A stretch of DNA of 64,000 nucleotides from Nitrospinales bacterium (GTDB lineage: Bacteria; Nitrospinota; Nitrospinia; Nitrospinales; VA-1), in NCBI GenBank assembly GCA_965223345.1, contig CBDCWG010000012.1, positions 1,440,001-1,504,000 on the forward strand. Direction: 5' to 3'. Under the pieces are notes generated by a model. It saw only the letters and a program-made list of their open reading frames with translations, was not told the origin of the DNA and did no database searches. Below are positions 60,072 through 64,000 of the stretch, piece by piece. The position numbers were made by a program, and so were the translations under genes. Positions within the stretch are counted from its first letter, which is position 1. Each line of letters opens with the position of its first letter.

Positions 60072-61178
60072 TCACATATGAGCCCGGTACGTCATGGCGT
60101 CTGTGATCCGTTCACGGGCCATCTTCAAAGCCAGTTCGTGCGGAGCCAGGTCTTCCTCTTTCAGTCTTTTGAGCAACTCCACGGTGTTGGCATGGATCGT
60201 TTCACGCACGCGGTCGAAGGCGTTGGCCTGCGTTTGCTTCTGATACTCGGCAGCGGCGCAGATCACCCCTCCGCTGTTGGCGATGACGTCCGGAACGATG
60301 TGAATGCCGCGTTTGTATATTTTTTCTGCCGCCTCATGGGTGATGGGAATGTTGGCGCCTTCCAGGATCAATCGGGTTTGCAAAAGAGCCTGGTTCGCCT
60401 CGGTGAACACATCCGGGCGGGCGGCAGGGATGAAGATGTCCGATTCGAGTCTCAGGATTTCGTCGCGTTGCAGGGCTTTGCCATCCGGGAACCGATCGAC
60501 TTTTTCACCGCTCTGCTGGAATTCGATCAGTTTATCCACATCGAGACCGTCTGCATTGTGAATGGCGCCTTGAGAATCGCAGGTCGCGATGAGCCGGCAT
60601 CCTTTCTCAGAGAGAAAGCGCGCCGCGGCCCGTCCTACATTGCCGAAACCCTGGACGATCACACGCGCGCCTTCCAGGGTGAGTCCGATTTGCGGGGCGG
60701 CCACTTCACAGGCCACACTCAAACCGAACCCCGTCATGCCCAGGCTGTCCAGCGGCAACCCGCCGAGCACTTTCGGCAGTCCCACGGCGCGCCCGATTTC
60801 ATCGAGGATGAAGGCCATAGAACGTTCGTCGGTTCCCATGTCCGGGCCCGGGATGTAATCCGTCAGAGTTTTGATGGCGCTGGCGAAAGACCGGATGATT
60901 TCCTCCTTGTTCTCCGACCGCGGATCCGCAATGATCGCCGACTTTGCGCCTCCGTGGGGCAGGTTCGCCAATGCGTTTTTCAGGGTCATTGCGCGCGCCA
61001 GGCGAAAGACCTCCAGCGTGCTGACGTCGATGGCCATGCGGCAGCCGCCGATGGCAGGACCCATCGACAGATTGTCGATCACCACGATGGAGCGGAGTTT
61101 GGATTTGGGTTCGTAAATGTGAACGATCTTTTCAGGACCCAACTCATCTGCGAAATCGTCGATGTAGGTTCTGTTCAT
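60072..61178 (-). CDS. Glu/Leu/Phe/Val dehydrogenase
   Basis: GPAIGGCR, MTLK, GGAK, GPDMGT, QGFGNVG, EGAN; start at MNRTY after GGAGG. Confidence 0.92.
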   Translation of the reverse strand: MNRTYIDDFADELGPEKIVHIYEPKSKLRSIVVIDNLSMGPAIGGCRMAIDVSTLEVFRLARAMTLKNALANLPHGGAKSAIIADPRSENKEEIIRSFASAIKTLTDYIPGPDMGTDERSMAFILDEIGRAVGLPKVLGGLPLDSLGMTGFGLSVACEVAAPQIGLTLEGARVIVQGFGNVGRAAARFLSEKGCRLIATCDSQGAIHNADGLDVDKLIEFQQSGEKVDRFPDGKALQRDEILRLESDIFIPAARPDVFTEANQALLQTRLILEGANIPITHEAAEKIYKRGIHIVPDVIANSGGVICAAAEYQKQTQANAFDRVRETIHANTVELLKRLKEEDLAPHELALKMARERITDAMTYRAHM

Positions 61179-61180
61179 TT

Positions 61181-63313
61181 TCAATCCCTCCTTTCTTTCG
61201 CCTTTTTCAGGGTGCATTTGGCATCCAGCACTACCAATCGATGTTCGTAAAGCCGCACCGGGTTGAAGTCCAACGATTCGATTGCCGGCACGTTGCGCAC
61301 CCATCGAGTGATTTCCTGCAAAAAATGCGACAGGCGGTTCTTTGCCAGAGCCGTCTGACTGCGAATGCCGGCGATGATTTTCCCGGCCCGGGTGGAGTCG
61401 ATCAGTTGTTCCAGCTCCTGCGAAGTGGCCGGCTCCAGGATACGTTGGATGTCTCCCAGGGTTTCGACATAAGGGCCGCCGGTCCCGAACAACAACACCG
61501 GGCCGAACTGCGGATCCCGGTATGCTCCCACCATCAGTTCCAGGCCATCGGGCATCTGTTGCTCCACCCAAATGGATCCCGGCCAGTTCTCCTGCATGTC
61601 CTGCCATTTGCGGAACAGATCGTGCGGGTTGTCGATTCCCGTTTGAACGCCGTAGATCTCCAGCTTGTGTTTCAATTCCGGTTTCACGACCTTCAACACC
61701 AACGGGAAACCCATCTCATCGCAGGTAGCATTCAAATCTTCAGGAGTTTGCACGTGTTTGTGTTTGGGAACTTCGATGCCCCTTTGTTTTAAAAATTCCT
61801 TGAGCTGCATTTCGTGCGGCGTCCGATCGCTGAAGGGCCACATGAATCCATCCTGTTCCACGACATCAAAATCCGGTGTTGCCTCCGTTGCAAACCGTTT
61901 GCGGATGTTTTGCTGCTGTTCCAGCACCGAAAGGGCGCGCACCGCCGATTCGGCGGAGGAAAAAACGGGAATTTTCTGGCGCAGCAGCTGCCGCTGCAAC
62001 GGAACCCGTAATGCCTCTCCATAGGCTGCGATGGCCAGGGGAATGTCTTGGGGAAAGGTTCTGTGGAAATCGGTTGCGATGTCTGCGTGGATTCCCTGCG
62101 TCCCGGAAAGCAGTACCAGAAGCAGGTTGTCGAACTCGCCGGAGTTCAGCAGCACGTCCAGACTCTTCAGACATTGTGCGTTGGTGCCGGAGCCGGTGAG
62201 GTCGATCGGGTTCTGCATGGAATAATACGGCGGCAAAAATTCACTCAACGCGCTCCGGGTTTTGCCGGAAGGTTTGGGGATCTGCAATCCATATCGTTCG
62301 CACAGATCGGTCAGGAAAACGCCCATGCCCCCGCCGTTGGAAACCACGAGCACACGCGGTCCGTTGGGAACAGGTTGCGCTGCGAACATCTCCAGAGCCT
62401 CCGCAAACGCCTCGAAACCGAACACCTCGACGATTCCCGCTTTGGCGCAGGCAGCCTGGAAAACTTCATACGACCCTGCGAGGGAAGCCGAATGCGCTTG
62501 AGCGGCGTCGCTGCCGCGCTGTTCGCGGCCCCCTTTCCAGATGACGATCGGTTTTTTCCCTTTCGCCTGGATGGCGGCACGAACCAGGCGCGGTCCGTCG
62601 GCGATGCTTTCCAGATACATGCCGATCACTTCGATTGCGGGGTCCTGTAGAAAAAGTTCCAGAAGTTCCGTTTCACCCACGTCGATTCGGTTGCCGAAAT
62701 TCACCGCACGCTGGACGCCGATATTCCGCTCCGCCAGCGTGTTGAGTGCCAGAGAGAGAAAGGCGCCGCTCTGGGAGAGGAGGCCCACCTTGCCCGGTTT
62801 GGGAAACCGGATGGCTTCGGGTGTCAAAAAGAAGCTGTTGAATTGATCCGGTGCGCTGAAAACTCCCAGGCCGTTGGGGCCGATGACGCGGACGCCGAAT
62901 TTTTTCGCCTCCGCCTGCAAGTGGTTCTGCAGAATTTCACCCTCCGCTCCGGTTTCTGCAAACCCGCCGCTGGTCACGATCAAATGATGCACGTTCCTGC
63001 CCGCGAGAGGTTTCACCAATCCAGGAACCGCTGAGGCGGGGACGGCGGCGACCGCCAGGTCCACGCCCTCCGGCAGATCATCGATGCGGCGTACGGCATT
63101 ACAGCCATGCAGGGACTTGCCATCCGGGTGCACGAGCGTGATCGTTCCGGCAAACCCCTGGGCCTGCATGCTGGCGACGATCTTTCCTCCCAGGTTGTCC
63201 GGCTTGGGAGAGGCGCCGATCACCGCCACCGATTGCGGAGCGAAGAACAGCCTCAGGGAAAATTCGGCGCCCGCTGCGTTCGAGCCCGCGGCCTCTTTTT
63301 GTGTGGCGAACAT
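61181..63313 (-). CDS. ADP-forming acyl-CoA synthetase (acetate-CoA ligase family, fused alpha-beta)
   Basis: VAVIGAS, GGFAE, IGPNGLG, SQSGA, AHSASLAG, NPIDLTG, C-terminal ATP-grasp with DFNP. Confidence 0.9.
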   Translation of the reverse strand: MFATQKEAAGSNAAGAEFSLRLFFAPQSVAVIGASPKPDNLGGKIVASMQAQGFAGTITLVHPDGKSLHGCNAVRRIDDLPEGVDLAVAAVPASAVPGLVKPLAGRNVHHLIVTSGGFAETGAEGEILQNHLQAEAKKFGVRVIGPNGLGVFSAPDQFNSFFLTPEAIRFPKPGKVGLLSQSGAFLSLALNTLAERNIGVQRAVNFGNRIDVGETELLELFLQDPAIEVIGMYLESIADGPRLVRAAIQAKGKKPIVIWKGGREQRGSDAAQAHSASLAGSYEVFQAACAKAGIVEVFGFEAFAEALEMFAAQPVPNGPRVLVVSNGGGMGVFLTDLCERYGLQIPKPSGKTRSALSEFLPPYYSMQNPIDLTGSGTNAQCLKSLDVLLNSGEFDNLLLVLLSGTQGIHADIATDFHRTFPQDIPLAIAAYGEALRVPLQRQLLRQKIPVFSSAESAVRALSVLEQQQNIRKRFATEATPDFDVVEQDGFMWPFSDRTPHEMQLKEFLKQRGIEVPKHKHVQTPEDLNATCDEMGFPLVLKVVKPELKHKLEIYGVQTGIDNPHDLFRKWQDMQENWPGSIWVEQQMPDGLELMVGAYRDPQFGPVLLFGTGGPYVETLGDIQRILEPATSQELEQLIDSTRAGKIIAGIRSQTALAKNRLSHFLQEITRWVRNVPAIESLDFNPVRLYEHRLVVLDAKCTLKKAKERRD

Positions 63314-63314
63314 G

Positions 63315-63998
63315 TCAGTCCTGCCTTTCCCAATAGCGGTCCACATTGCTTTGGATTTCCGCAATCACCGCATCCTGTTTTTTCGGAACGAACAGGTGGC
63401 GGAAGCGTTTTTGCCGTTCGAGAAATTTTTCCACTGGAATGCGCTTTCTCGGTTTGCGCGTGTGGATCACTTTTCCGTCGATGTATTCCTTCAGCGGGAA
63501 AATGCCGGTGTCCACAGCGAGCTTGGCGATCAACTGCGTCTCCCTGGGATCGAATCCCCATCCGGTGGGGCAGGGGGACATGCAGATGAACAGGCGTGGA
63601 CCTTTCATTTCTCTGGCCTTGGCGAACTTGTTGGACAGATCGATCGGCTCCCTGGGAGACACCGTCGCGATGTACGGCGGGTCCTGGGCTTTCCAGATTT
63701 CGAACAGATCTTTTTTCCTGATTTCAGCTCCCGCCGGATGCATCCCGGTGACCGGAGTGGTCTGAGTCATGCTCCCGTAGGGGGAGGCAGCGGACAACTG
63801 GAAGCCTGTGTTGCCGTAGGCCTCGTTGTCGTAGCAATAGTAGATAAAATCCAGGTTGCGGTGCAGGGCGGCGGAGGTGGGGCTCAAGCCCATGTCCGCG
63901 GTGGACCCGTCGCCCGCAACCACCATGACCAGCAGGTTTTCCTCCTCGGGCAGGTGTTTGTGCTGCAAGCGGATGTCCAGGGCGTCGCGCACGCCCTG
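63315..63998 (-). CDS. 2-oxoacid:ferredoxin oxidoreductase, TPP-binding (beta) subunit or domain; 5' end lies outside the window
   Basis: AGDGSTADMG...DNEAYGNTG TPP motif, SPCPTGW. Confidence 0.9.
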   Translation of the reverse strand, partial: QGVRDALDIRLQHKHLPEEENLLVMVVAGDGSTADMGLSPTSAALHRNLDFIYYCYDNEAYGNTGFQLSAASPYGSMTQTTPVTGMHPAGAEIRKKDLFEIWKAQDPPYIATVSPREPIDLSNKFAKAREMKGPRLFICMSPCPTGWGFDPRETQLIAKLAVDTGIFPLKEYIDGKVIHTRKPRKRIPVEKFLERQKRFRHLFVPKKQDAVIAEIQSNVDRYWERQD

Positions 63999-64000
63999 CG

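Noticed and set aside
60072..61607. 511-aa dehydrogenase with an N-terminal extension
   Set aside because: The extension overlaps the acyl-CoA synthetase gene; the RBS supports a start at 61178

Overview
Chromosomal segment of a nitrite-oxidizing bacterium, most likely Nitrospinaceae, judged from a periplasmic Tat-exported nxrABC operon at 46.9-52.9 kb. The GC-rich left part (1-18 kb) is core genome: four short flagellins with flaG and sigma-28 promoters, glycosylation-type enzymes, hisA/hisF, an O-antigen ligase, rfbC and a 1-Cys peroxiredoxin. A roughly 25.5-kb genomic island with no visible integrase sits in tRNA-Lys(CTT), bounded by a 47-bp direct repeat (18107-18153 and 43562-43608). Its cargo is an MMPL/LolA-like/outer-membrane/DUF2892 operon, a TtrBCA/SrdBCA-like molybdoenzyme, an MtrAB/MtoAB-type decaheme cytochrome plus porin, and a caspase/FGE-sulfatase fusion protein. 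It also carries an array of seven small secreted proteins with related signal peptides and variable mature parts. The array is transcribed divergently from an UndA-like diiron enzyme, with two sigma-54 promoters and a triple palindrome between them. Module junctions in the island carry IS3-type terminal repeats, a relic integron attC and a recurring AATGTCCGCTT...AAGCGGACATT-type palindrome. Right of the island lie a two-component system, nxrABC, a TPR protein, a cytochrome c and a putative amino-acid/2-oxoacid catabolic operon. All assignments come from reading motifs by eye; no database searches were run.
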